Below are positions 49,123-58,052 of a DNA stretch of 64,000 nt, piece by piece (the first letter of the stretch is position 1; each line of letters starts with the position of its first letter). The stretch is from Candidatus Anderseniibacteriota bacterium. Lineage in GTDB: Bacteria; Patescibacteriota; JAUYIX01. The notes beneath the pieces were generated by a model that was given only the letters and a program-made list of their open reading frames with translations, was not told where the DNA came from and did not search any database. The DNA is taken from positions 12,311 to 76,310 of the forward strand of contig JAXLZM010000003.1 in assembly GCA_046350855.1 (NCBI GenBank), written 5' to 3'. The translations under genes were made by a program, and so were the position numbers.

Positions 49123-49287
49123 CCTTCTCCTTATGGGGCGTATCCGAAGCCCTCCCTAACTACTGTATGTGGTTCATACTGAACAAATCCCCTGAGGGGA
49201 CAAACAATGAGCTTATAGTAGTTGTGAGGTCGCGTCAAGCCTGGGCCTTTTTGGATTGGTCCGTCGGCTTGTATCTGAATATGTTCT

Positions 49288-49373
49288 TGGTGCGCGAGGG
49301 GGGATTCGAACCCCCAAGCCTTGCGGCACATGCACCTCAAGCATGCGTGTCTAGCCAGTTGCACCACTCGCGC
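49288..49373 (-). tRNA. tRNA-Leu (anticodon GAG), long variable arm, CCA encoded
   Basis: The reverse complement gives GCGCGAG-TG-GTGCAACTGGCTAGACAC, anticodon stem CATGC/GCATG with loop TTGAGGT, a long variable arm and T-arm GGGGGTTCGAATCCCCC. Confidence 0.8.
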
Positions 49374-50025
49374 AGTAACCAGCAGGGTACGGATCTTCCC
49401 AGAGTATTGCAAGCGCCTTCTGTTTTTTTCTTGCCAGATGAGGAGAGGCGCTATCTTGATAGAAAGCTGTCAGGATTTTGCGTGCCTCGTGTTTAGAAAA
49501 CTTGGCCTGATAGGCCCCCGAACCACTTGTAACATGGCCCTTGGCACCAATAGTTTGTTGTGTTGCTTTAACCAGCCACTTTGCAAATTGAGCACTAGCC
49601 GTTGCGAAAGCTACATAGAACATAAAACTGCTCCGCCAACGCGGGTCCCAATATGCATAGACAGTTCCATCACCGTCGAATAGGCCCCTTAAAAAGTCAG
49701 CAAAAAAGTTCGGTGGAATACTCAACTTACCTAGCGTTCTAGATTTTCTAGGAGTTAATCCAATCGAAAGTAGAAAACGATAAAAAGTAACATCTCCAAA
49801 CTGGAGCTGATAGCCATTGCTACGTCCTGTAAAACCACTTTTCTTTTTGCTTACCCGATTCTTAATCGCCAAACACTTTTTTAAGGTTTGGATAAGATCA
49901 AGATTATTAGATGTAAAAAATAGATGGCGACCGTCTGGAGAAAGACAACCATCGCTCGCCATAAGGCCAACGACATAGGCCATATTCGAGCTCCATTTAC
50001 AGTTTATCCGACCTAGTGGTCTCAT
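49351..50025 (-). CDS. LAGLIDADG homing endonuclease (two motifs: VVGLMASDGCL and LRGLFDGDGTV); last 23 nt overlap tRNA-Leu(GAG), stop is the TAG of the tRNA D-loop
   Basis: Classical double-motif LAGLIDADG. The C-terminal codons (ASGATG, stop) are read from the tRNA sequence GCGCGAGTGGTGCAACTGGCTAG. AT-rich by eye. Confidence 0.85.
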   Translation of the reverse strand: MRPLGRINCKWSSNMAYVVGLMASDGCLSPDGRHLFFTSNNLDLIQTLKKCLAIKNRVSKKKSGFTGRSNGYQLQFGDVTFYRFLLSIGLTPRKSRTLGKLSIPPNFFADFLRGLFDGDGTVYAYWDPRWRSSFMFYVAFATASAQFAKWLVKATQQTIGAKGHVTSGSGAYQAKFSKHEARKILTAFYQDSASPHLARKKQKALAILWEDPYPAGYCASGATG

Positions 50026-50047
50026 TAATTGACCATAGCAAATTCAT

Positions 50048-50065
50048 CTTAAAAAAAGATTAAAT
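50048..50065. repeat. 18-nt intergenic motif CTTAAAAAAAGATTAAAT (copy 3 of 3, one mismatch), 22 nt upstream of the LAGLIDADG start
   Basis: 17/18 identical to copies 1 and 2. Confidence 0.65.
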
Positions 50066-50089
50066 CCAGAGATCAACCTGGATAACCGC

Positions 50090-50734
50090 TTACCCTTGCA
50101 TCTCCCGCAAGAGCTTTTCTTTTTGGTGTTGCTCTTTGGCGGCTTTGAGCACGGCCGGAATCTTTTTAAAGTCTTCCATGAGGGTGCCGCGTAGACTGCC
50201 GTTATAGAGCGCCGCGGCGGGGTGGTAGAGCGGAAAGAACACTCGTCGGACCCCATCCGGTGCCAGCGCCCGCATAGGCTTGCCGTGACAGACCGAGATG
50301 CGCTTGTTTGGGATAAAGTGGCCCAGACTGTGACGACCGAGCAAGACGATTACGACGGGATCGATAAGTTTAACCTGCGGACCGAGCCAAGCAGAGGTAC
50401 ACGCCGCGACTTCGTCGGGCAGCGGGTCACGGTTATTAGGCGGCCGGGATTTAACGACATTGGTAATAAAGACGTCCTTACGGTCCATCCCGATCGACTC
50501 GAGCATCTCCTGCAAAAACTTCCCGGCCGCCCCGACAAAGGGTTTACCTTGGAGATCTTCGTTTTTACCGGGACCCTCACCAATAAACATCACCTCGGCG
50601 TGCGGATTGCCGTCCCCTGGCACGGCATTGGTGCGTCCTTGCGCCAAGCGACAGCGCGTACAGATTTTTACGGCAGCAGCAATCGCCTCCAAATCCTGTA
50701 TTTCTTGGGGTGATGGTGGCGCGGTCTCGGGCAT
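50090..50734 (-). CDS. Uracil-DNA glycosylase, family 4
   Basis: CTRCRL...GEGPG...FVGAAG motifs of UDG family 4. Confidence 0.85.
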   Translation of the reverse strand: MPETAPPSPQEIQDLEAIAAAVKICTRCRLAQGRTNAVPGDGNPHAEVMFIGEGPGKNEDLQGKPFVGAAGKFLQEMLESIGMDRKDVFITNVVKSRPPNNRDPLPDEVAACTSAWLGPQVKLIDPVVIVLLGRHSLGHFIPNKRISVCHGKPMRALAPDGVRRVFFPLYHPAAALYNGSLRGTLMEDFKKIPAVLKAAKEQHQKEKLLREMQG

Positions 50735-50738
50735 ACGG

Positions 50739-51827
50739 TCAGTCTAGTTGTTCAACCGTTTTTTTGAGCCAGGCCACGTCGGCAACTCGTCCCGACTCTT
50801 CCGTCTCGAGCACTAAGTCCTTACCCCGTACACAGGGTGAACCAATTACCGCCGCGAGCCCCTCGTACCCAATGTATCCCTTGCCGAGTGTGTGGTGCCG
50901 ATCGTGTCCGCCACCGAGCTTGGTCTTACTGTCATTAAAATGCAGCATGGGGATGCGCTTCCAGCCAATAAATTTGTCGATCTGACCAAAAACCTCGGCA
51001 ACTTTGTCGGGAGTACGGATGTCGTACCCCGCCGAGAACATATGACAGGTGTCCATGATAGCGCCGATGCGTTTTTCTCCTTTAAAGCGGCCTAGTATCT
51101 CGCCCATGTCCTCGAACTTGCCGCCCACATCGTTGCGCTGACCGGCCGTGTTCTCCAGGCAAATCACTACGTTTGAGTTTTTGGTCTTTTGCAGCACCTC
51201 GTCGAGCATCCGGGTCACACGGGCCTTGCCCTTTTTGACGCCCGAGCCCAAGTGGCTCCCCACGTGCATGACAAAATACTTTGCCTGGATGCGATCCATC
51301 AGTCCGACTTCGCGGATAATGTAGGTTTGCGAAAAATGCCACGTGCGATCGTCGGGCGAGGCTGCGTTTACATAATAGGGCGTGTGCACATAGACGTTAC
51401 GGATCGGCGACACGGTGCACGCCTGGATGAACTCCTTCTCTTCGGTCGGCGTCACGACCCGCCGCACCCGTGAGCGTGGGCTGGAAGTAAAAATCTGGAT
51501 GGCATCTAGTTCAAACTCGTTACCACGCTTGAGGGCCTCGCAGTAGCCACCTGCGATCGAGACGTGTGCACCAATCCCAACTTTGTGAGCGGCTTTACGC
51601 GCTCGTACACTACTCTGCCGGCTGAGCGGGTTGCTCAGGTTGGCCGTCTTGCGGCTCGCGTGGGATTGGTTTGCGGCTGACTTTGCCAAAGACTTTTGGC
51701 TTACCGTTTTTGACCGGCTTGTAGCCAATCGGTTTGGCAACCACGCTCGGCTGCCCCGTTCCCCCTGGGCCTTTTTGGGTTTTGCCGCTGGCGCTTTTAC
51801 CGTTTTTGCTGAGAGTCGCTTGCTCAC
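50739..51827 (-). CDS. nfo: Endonuclease IV (Nfo) with about 80-aa Lys/Ala/Ser-rich N-terminal extension; start uncertain (extension overlaps the CBS gene by 218 nt)
   Basis: GIGAHVSIAGG plus the AP-endonuclease 2 metal-binding pattern. No in-frame ATG or GTG lies between the 51827 ATG and the conserved core. Confidence 0.75.
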   Translation of the reverse strand: MSKRLSAKTVKAPAAKPKKAQGERGSRAWLPNRLATSRSKTVSQKSLAKSAANQSHASRKTANLSNPLSRQSSVRARKAAHKVGIGAHVSIAGGYCEALKRGNEFELDAIQIFTSSPRSRVRRVVTPTEEKEFIQACTVSPIRNVYVHTPYYVNAASPDDRTWHFSQTYIIREVGLMDRIQAKYFVMHVGSHLGSGVKKGKARVTRMLDEVLQKTKNSNVVICLENTAGQRNDVGGKFEDMGEILGRFKGEKRIGAIMDTCHMFSAGYDIRTPDKVAEVFGQIDKFIGWKRIPMLHFNDSKTKLGGGHDRHHTLGKGYIGYEGLAAVIGSPCVRGKDLVLETEESGRVADVAWLKKTVEQLD

Positions 51828-52275
51828 GTGCGATCAATTTAAGTAAATCGTGCCTACTCACAATACCAACCAATTTGCCGTTGTCGATGATCGGGATCGG
51901 GTTGGCCTTTGTTTCTACCATCTTGGTGGCCAGGCGGCTAATCGGATCGCTGGATTTAAGTGAGATCACGGGACTGGTCATGATGTGTTCGGCCTTGCTC
52001 CCCAGCAGCTTTTGGATCTCGGCCTCAACACTGGCGCTCGAACGCAACATAATAAAACTATGCAGCGCCGACAAAAATTGCGGCGGATGAATGTTAGATT
52101 TTTGAGAAACGAGATCGCTATCCGTTACGATTCCGACAACACTGTCCTTCTTGACCACAGGCACACCCGTGAGATTGTGTTGCACCATCAGCTGCGCTAC
52201 ACGCGCAACCGACGCCAGCGGCCCCACAGTCACAACCTGCGTTGTCATGATGTCTCGCACGTATTTCTCGTTCAT
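51610..52275 (-). CDS. CBS-domain pair protein with Lys/Pro-rich C-terminal tail
   Basis: Two CBS motifs (IMTTQVVTV...LTGVPVV; IMTSPVISL...IPIIDNGKLVGIVSRHD). Confidence 0.7.
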   Translation of the reverse strand: MNEKYVRDIMTTQVVTVGPLASVARVAQLMVQHNLTGVPVVKKDSVVGIVTDSDLVSQKSNIHPPQFLSALHSFIMLRSSASVEAEIQKLLGSKAEHIMTSPVISLKSSDPISRLATKMVETKANPIPIIDNGKLVGIVSRHDLLKLIAREQATLSKNGKSASGKTQKGPGGTGQPSVVAKPIGYKPVKNGKPKVFGKVSRKPIPREPQDGQPEQPAQPAE

Positions 52276-52293
52276 TTGCGTTTTGCATAGAGA

Positions 52294-53619
52294 TTAGTTT
52301 TTGCCGGTAGAACCGCTTGCAGGCTTGCTGCCGTCGGTAGAACCAGACGCAATAGATGATAGCAGCTTTATGGTTTTTCGGTTGCGAATAATTTCTGCAA
52401 CGTAGTCGCGGTAGGCGGGCGACTGCACGGTCCTGATCACCTCTTTATTACCGGGGTGCTGTTTAAGCGTAGCGTTGATTTCTGACTCGACCTCCGCGTC
52501 GCTGGCTTTGATGTCCTCTTGGTTAGCGATCTTACGGATCAAAAGGCCAATGGTAATACGTTTTTTGGCTTGTTCGACCCAACCTTTTTTGAGGTCGGTT
52601 AGCGATTTGTTGATGCTGGTGAGGTAGTCGTTAAAATTTGCGCCCTGCTGGACTAGACTCGACTCAAGTTCGCGTGCCATCTTGTCGAGTTCTCCCTGCA
52701 AGAGCACGTCCGGAATCTCGAGCGTAGTTTGTTCAGCTAGTTTGGTGAGAAGCTCGGACTCAAAGCGTTCATTTTCTTTAGCCTTGGCCTCGAGTTCGAG
52801 GTTTTTGCGGAGTTGCGACTTGAGATCGGCCAGATTTTTAAAATTACCAACCGATTTTGCAAACGCGTCATCCAACTTTGGCAGAACTCGTTCCTTAACG
52901 ACGTGTAACTTGATGTGCGCTTCGGCCGCCTTACCCGCCAAGTCTTTTTTGCCGTAATTCTTGGGGAACGTAATCGGGAAGTCTTTTTCTTGACCAGCGC
53001 TCATACCGATGAGTGCCTCCTCAAACCCTGGGATAAACATGCCATCGCCAATCACAAGTGGATGCTTGGTCCCCTGCCCGTGCTCGAGCGGGACCTTTTT
53101 TTGACTGATGTTAAAGTCAATCTCGACCGCGTCGCCTTTTTTGGCGGGGCGTTTGACTTCGGCCTCCTTAGCTCGGTCGCGGGCAAACATGCGCAGCATG
53201 CGCTCGATTTGCTCATCAGCTACTGACTCGGACTTTTTTTTGGGCGTAAGTTTTTTATACTCCGGCAGACTAAACTCTGGCAGAACCGCCGCGGTGGCCT
53301 TAAAAATGAGAGGATTCCCAGGGGCAAACTTAACAATATCGATCTTGGGTTGACCGATGACCTCCAGCTTTTTCTCGAGGACCGCTTTGCCATAGACCTC
53401 AGGGATTGCGAGATTGGCGCTCTCTTCTAGGAGGTGCAGTGGATCGATGTGCTTTTGGGCCAAACTGGTCGGTACTTTGCCCGGGCGGAATCCCGGCAGC
53501 GACAATTTAGCTGCCAAACGTGCAAGGGCGCGAGTTTTGTAGTTTTGCAGTTCTGCCTCAGAGACCTCGATAGTGAGCTCGACCGTAGACTGCGGTAGTT
53601 GCTTTATATCTAGCTTCAT
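52294..53619 (-). CDS. tig: Trigger factor
   Basis: N-terminal ribosome-binding region (GFRPGKVP), FKBP-type PPIase middle domain and C-terminal arm. Confidence 0.9.
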   Translation of the reverse strand: MKLDIKQLPQSTVELTIEVSEAELQNYKTRALARLAAKLSLPGFRPGKVPTSLAQKHIDPLHLLEESANLAIPEVYGKAVLEKKLEVIGQPKIDIVKFAPGNPLIFKATAAVLPEFSLPEYKKLTPKKKSESVADEQIERMLRMFARDRAKEAEVKRPAKKGDAVEIDFNISQKKVPLEHGQGTKHPLVIGDGMFIPGFEEALIGMSAGQEKDFPITFPKNYGKKDLAGKAAEAHIKLHVVKERVLPKLDDAFAKSVGNFKNLADLKSQLRKNLELEAKAKENERFESELLTKLAEQTTLEIPDVLLQGELDKMARELESSLVQQGANFNDYLTSINKSLTDLKKGWVEQAKKRITIGLLIRKIANQEDIKASDAEVESEINATLKQHPGNKEVIRTVQSPAYRDYVAEIIRNRKTIKLLSSIASGSTDGSKPASGSTGKN

Positions 53620-53704
53620 TGCGCAAAGAGGCTAACGTTTTATCGGTTTTAGCGCAACCAAAAAGCTATTTTGCTATGAAAACCGTAGTCACTAACAACA
53701 TGAG

Positions 53705-54049
53705 TTATAGACTGAGTAGCGCAACTCCGACGATTGCTAAGCCAACCCCAATTGCCTTGAGGAGAGTAAAGCGCTCATTAAAGAAGAGGATCCCACTACC
53801 TAGGACGATGAGAGCGAACAGCGCTGTTTGGACGATACCAACGGTGCCTAGTTCTGCCTTTTTGACAAAAACATAGAGAAAAATGAGGATCTGTAAAATG
53901 TAGAGTGCCACAACGATAAGCATCAGTGGATTACGGATGGCCTGCGCGTAACTATCAGTTCCAACAGAAACTTTCTTGGTGAGTACGTCTGCCACAGCAA
54001 CGGCCGTAACCGCTACAACAATAAAAAGTAACATCGTAAGTTTGTTCAT
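53705..54049 (-). CDS. Small four-TM membrane protein (SMR/DMT-like)
   Basis: 114 aa with four hydrophobic helices. Confidence 0.4.
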   Translation of the reverse strand: MNKLTMLLFIVVAVTAVAVADVLTKKVSVGTDSYAQAIRNPLMLIVVALYILQILIFLYVFVKKAELGTVGIVQTALFALIVLGSGILFFNERFTLLKAIGVGLAIVGVALLSL

Positions 54050-54123
54050 GGTTATATCCTAGCAAAAACCGGCCGCTAGGGCCGGTTTTGTTGAGGTTAC
54101 TTGGTTTAATTCAACCAAAAAAA

Positions 54124-56151
54124 TTAATGGAAGAACCGCTCGAGCCAGTGGCCGTACTGCAAAAAGAGAAACGCAAAGATAACGGCGAGCGTGTTGATGA
54201 CTTTGATGAGCGAGTTGAGGGCGGGACCGGCCGTGTCCTTGTAGGGATCGCCGACGGTGTCGCCAACCACGGCGGCCTTGTGGGCGTCGCTGCCCTTACC
54301 ACCAAACTTACCTGTCTCGATAAGCTTTTTGGCGTTGTCCCAAGCGGCTCCCCCGTTGGTCATCTGGATAGCCAGGAAGAACCCCGACAAAATCACACCG
54401 ATCAACATGGCACCTAGCGCCACGGGGCCCAGACCAAAGCCTACGAGGACCGTCACACCGATGGCAACGACCGCGGGCATGATCAGATACTTTTGAGCTT
54501 CTTTAGTAACGATATCAACCACCTGCGCGTAGTCCGGCTTGTCGTGGCCTTCCATAATCTTTTTGGTGCGGAATTGTTCGCGCACGGCTTCCACTACTTT
54601 ATTGGCGGCTTTGCCTACGGCGGTCATGAGCTGGCTTGCAAAAAAGAATGGCAGGGCCGCTCCGATAAAGAGGCCGGCGATGACGAGCGGGTTCTCAAGG
54701 CTGAGGCTCTTGCTGAGCGTCTCGTTGGAGATTGCCTCGCGGATCTCGTCTGTGTAGGCAGCAAAGAGTGCCAAGGTTGCCAGCGCGGCAGAACCAATCG
54801 CGTATCCCTTGGTGATCGCTTTAGTTGTGTTGCCAACCGCATCAAGCGCATCCGTTTTGGTGCGTACTTTAGCAGGCAGGTTGGACATTTCGGCGATTCC
54901 GCCAGCGTTGTCGGTGATTGGTCCGTACGCGTCGATGGCGACGATGATACCCATGGTCGAGAGCATCGAGACCGCAGCGATTGCGATTCCGTAGAGGCCG
55001 CTCAAGTAGTACGCGCCCAAGATTGCGGCCACGATCACAACCACCATTGGCCAGGTCGAGCGCAGTCCGACCGCGAGTCCGGCGATAACATTGGTACCCG
55101 GTCCGGTCTCGGAGGCTTTAGCGATTTCGTTAACCGGTTTGCGGTTGCGTGCCGTAAAGACATTAGTAATTGCGATGATGAGGACGGTTACGACGAGACC
55201 GATCAGCATGGTTCCGTACAAGCGCATGTCGTTGCCGGCGTACCAGCGGTTAATCAAGTAGAACCCGATGCCAGCTAACACAATCGTGACGCCTGCTCCT
55301 TTATAGAGGGCGCCGGTGATGTTCATCCCGCGGAGGCGAACAAAAAAGCTACCGATGATAGAAGCGACGATGGCGACCGCACCAAGCAGGAGCGGCAGTA
55401 GCACACCTCCGAGACCAGCAACGGTCGCGGTGGTGCCGAGAATCATAGCGGCGAGAAGCGTAACGACGTAGGTCTCAAAAAGATCCGCGCTCATGCCGGC
55501 TGTGTCGCCGACGTTGTCGCCCACGTTGTCGGCGATGACTGCGGGGTTGCGAGGATCGTCTTCTGGGATGCCTTTCTCGACTTTACCGACCAAGTCGGCG
55601 CCCACATCTGCTGCTTTGGTGTAGATTCCGCCACCCACGCGCGCAAAGAGCGAGACGAGGCTGGCGCCAAATCCAAAGCCGATCAAAAGCGCTGGGTCCT
55701 TAAACCAAGTATAAAATCCTGCCACGCCGAGCAGACCAAAGCCTACTACGACCATTCCGGTCACCGTGCCTGCGGTAAAGGCAACACGGAGCGCCTTAGA
55801 CAAAGTGTCCTTAGCGGCCTCAGCGGTTTTGACGTTAGCGCTGACGGCGATTCGCATACCGATATAGCCCGCCAAAGCGGAAGTCACCGCTCCGGCCGCA
55901 AAGCCGACGGCGGTTTGCCAGTTCACAAAGGCGTAAAAGAGTGCGGTAACCACGACCGTGAGCAGCCCGATCACGCGGTACTGACGTTTGAGGTAGGCAA
56001 GCGCCCCCTCTTTAATAGCGGTCGCGATTTCGACCATGTGGCGCTGGCCATTCGGGGTCGCACGCACGCGCAAGGCTAAAAACAAAGCAAACAAGAGCGC
56101 CAATCCGGCCACTCCTGCTGCAATGTACTCAACGGCAATGTTGTAGATCAT
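54124..56151 (-). CDS. hppA: Membrane-bound H+-translocating pyrophosphatase; K-type (likely K+-independent) GNTTKAITKG motif
   Basis: Multiple TM helices and PPase motifs (DNVGDNVGD, GNTTKA, DTVGDPYKD). Confidence 0.9.
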   Translation of the reverse strand: MIYNIAVEYIAAGVAGLALLFALFLALRVRATPNGQRHMVEIATAIKEGALAYLKRQYRVIGLLTVVVTALFYAFVNWQTAVGFAAGAVTSALAGYIGMRIAVSANVKTAEAAKDTLSKALRVAFTAGTVTGMVVVGFGLLGVAGFYTWFKDPALLIGFGFGASLVSLFARVGGGIYTKAADVGADLVGKVEKGIPEDDPRNPAVIADNVGDNVGDTAGMSADLFETYVVTLLAAMILGTTATVAGLGGVLLPLLLGAVAIVASIIGSFFVRLRGMNITGALYKGAGVTIVLAGIGFYLINRWYAGNDMRLYGTMLIGLVVTVLIIAITNVFTARNRKPVNEIAKASETGPGTNVIAGLAVGLRSTWPMVVVIVAAILGAYYLSGLYGIAIAAVSMLSTMGIIVAIDAYGPITDNAGGIAEMSNLPAKVRTKTDALDAVGNTTKAITKGYAIGSAALATLALFAAYTDEIREAISNETLSKSLSLENPLVIAGLFIGAALPFFFASQLMTAVGKAANKVVEAVREQFRTKKIMEGHDKPDYAQVVDIVTKEAQKYLIMPAVVAIGVTVLVGFGLGPVALGAMLIGVILSGFFLAIQMTNGGAAWDNAKKLIETGKFGGKGSDAHKAAVVGDTVGDPYKDTAGPALNSLIKVINTLAVIFAFLFLQYGHWLERFFH

Positions 56152-56168
56152 GAGGTGTTAGGTAAGGA

Positions 56169-57479
56169 CTATTTAGTTTCTTCCTTTTTCTCTTCTGCTT
56201 TAGGCTCTTCCTTTTTCTCTGGCTGAACAGCCTTCTCCTCAGCTTTCTTCTCCTCCGGTTTTACTTCGTCTGGTTTTTCAGCTTCTGGCTTTTTCTCGTC
56301 AGCCTTGGATTCACCTTCGGCTTTCTTGTCGTCGGTTTTAGCTTCATCCTTCTTCTCTTCTGGTTTGGCTCCATCCTTAATCGGTTCACCATCTTTTTTG
56401 GTGCCCTCGGACTCTGGTGAGACAACGTCGATCTTCCAACCGGTCAACTTGGCAGCCAGACGAACGTTTTGTCCGCCCTTACCGATTGCCAATGACAATT
56501 GATCCTCATCAACCACGACCTTGGCGCGCTTCTCTTTTTCGTTGAGTTCAACCTTGAGAACTTTTGCAGGCGACATGGCGTGGCGCAGGTATTGATCCTG
56601 ATCCTCATCAAACTGAATAATGTCAATTTTTTCACCACCAAGCTCGGCAATCACAGTCTGGACGCGCGTTCCGCGCTGACCAACCGCTGAACCGACTGGA
56701 TCAACACCCTCTTGCTCGGTTGCAACGGCGATCTTGGTGCGGCTGCCGGCTTCGCGAGCGATGCCTTTGATCAACACAACACCCGAGTAGATCTCAGGGA
56801 CTTCGAGTTCAAACAATTTAGCAACAAATTGTGGGTGCGAACGCGACAAAATAATCTCCGGACCACGGCTCGTATCCCGAACCTCCGCCACATAGACCTT
56901 GAGACGCATACCAACCGTGTAGGTCTCACCCGGAATCTGCTCATGCGGATACAAAACACCGGTGGCCTGGGCCAAATCGACGTAAACGTTGCGGCCTTCG
57001 ATGCGCTGCACCGAGCCGTTGATAATCTCGCCTTCTTTACCCTTAAACTCACGCGATACGATCTCGCGCTCGGCCTCGCGCAAGCGCTGGATGATGACCT
57101 GTTTAGCGGTTTGTGCTGCGATGCGGCCATAGGCAGCGGGCGGATCGAGCTTAGTCTCGATCACATCGCCAACCTTGGCGGATTTCTTCTTCTTTTTGGC
57201 GTCGGCTAGAGCGACATGCTCGCGCGGGTTGAGCTCTTTTTCTTTTTGTTCATCCGGATCCTCGGGGATCGACTCAACGACCGTCTTTACATCAAAAACC
57301 TGCGAGCTGCCGTCTTGCACACTAAATTTGACCTTGATGTTTTGGGTCGGCTCGCCAAAATCCTTGCGATACGCGGCGGCGAGTGCAGCCTCGATCGTCT
57401 CGACGATTTTTTCGACCGGAATGTTTTTCTCAGCGGCGATTTGTTCGATTGCGAGCTCAAATTCTTTCTTTTGTGCCAT
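56169..57479 (-). CDS. nusA: Transcription termination/antitermination factor NusA with Lys/Glu-rich C-terminal tail
   Basis: N-terminal domain, S1 and KH domains (KVELNEKEKRAKVVVDEDQLSLAIGKGGQNVRLA). Confidence 0.9.
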   Translation of the reverse strand: MAQKKEFELAIEQIAAEKNIPVEKIVETIEAALAAAYRKDFGEPTQNIKVKFSVQDGSSQVFDVKTVVESIPEDPDEQKEKELNPREHVALADAKKKKKSAKVGDVIETKLDPPAAYGRIAAQTAKQVIIQRLREAEREIVSREFKGKEGEIINGSVQRIEGRNVYVDLAQATGVLYPHEQIPGETYTVGMRLKVYVAEVRDTSRGPEIILSRSHPQFVAKLFELEVPEIYSGVVLIKGIAREAGSRTKIAVATEQEGVDPVGSAVGQRGTRVQTVIAELGGEKIDIIQFDEDQDQYLRHAMSPAKVLKVELNEKEKRAKVVVDEDQLSLAIGKGGQNVRLAAKLTGWKIDVVSPESEGTKKDGEPIKDGAKPEEKKDEAKTDDKKAEGESKADEKKPEAEKPDEVKPEEKKAEEKAVQPEKKEEPKAEEKKEETK

Positions 57480-57691
57480 GGTGGTTGGTTTAACTAAGTA
57501 TTTAGGTAGTACAAAAAAGGGCTAGCCTACTCAGCTAGCCTTATGGGGCAACCATATATGAGAATAAACCCACTGTCAACCCTTGATTGACAAAGTGCTA
57601 TTTTTGTGTTAGCAAGGACCGTCGTCCTTTGTCATACCGTGCCTCCCCGCTAGTGCTCTTATGACGAGAGCATTGCCAGGGAGGCAGGACA

Positions 57692-58027
57692 ATGAAAAAG
57701 TTTGGTTTTGATTTTCCGTGGCGGATGATAGGGATCGTAGTCGCATTAGTAGGGATAAGTACCTTCACGATCGATCTGTACTTCGGCCTCAGGAATGGTT
57801 GGGCAATCAGCACGGTCCCACCGGCCATTGCAGAGAAGTATCCCTTCATGACCTACCGCACCTGGTACCTCTATATCGAGGCGTTACTTGCGTTGATGGG
57901 TTGCACGCTCTTCTTGCTTTCCTGGATCAAGAATCCATTTGAGCGAATGGGGCACTGGCTTTCCGCAAATATCAAGGAAGGCTTTTTGTCTGGAGGCAAA
58001 AAGTCTGGCTCCAACAACGTAAATTAG
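57692..58027 (+). CDS. Hypothetical small membrane protein (three TM helices)
   Basis: GGGAGG SD 7 nt upstream of the ATG. Hydrophobic helices. Confidence 0.45.
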   Translation: MKKFGFDFPWRMIGIVVALVGISTFTIDLYFGLRNGWAISTVPPAIAEKYPFMTYRTWYLYIEALLALMGCTLFLLSWIKNPFERMGHWLSANIKEGFLSGGKKSGSNNVN

Positions 58028-58052
58028 CGATTCAGCAAAATGGAGAACACCA

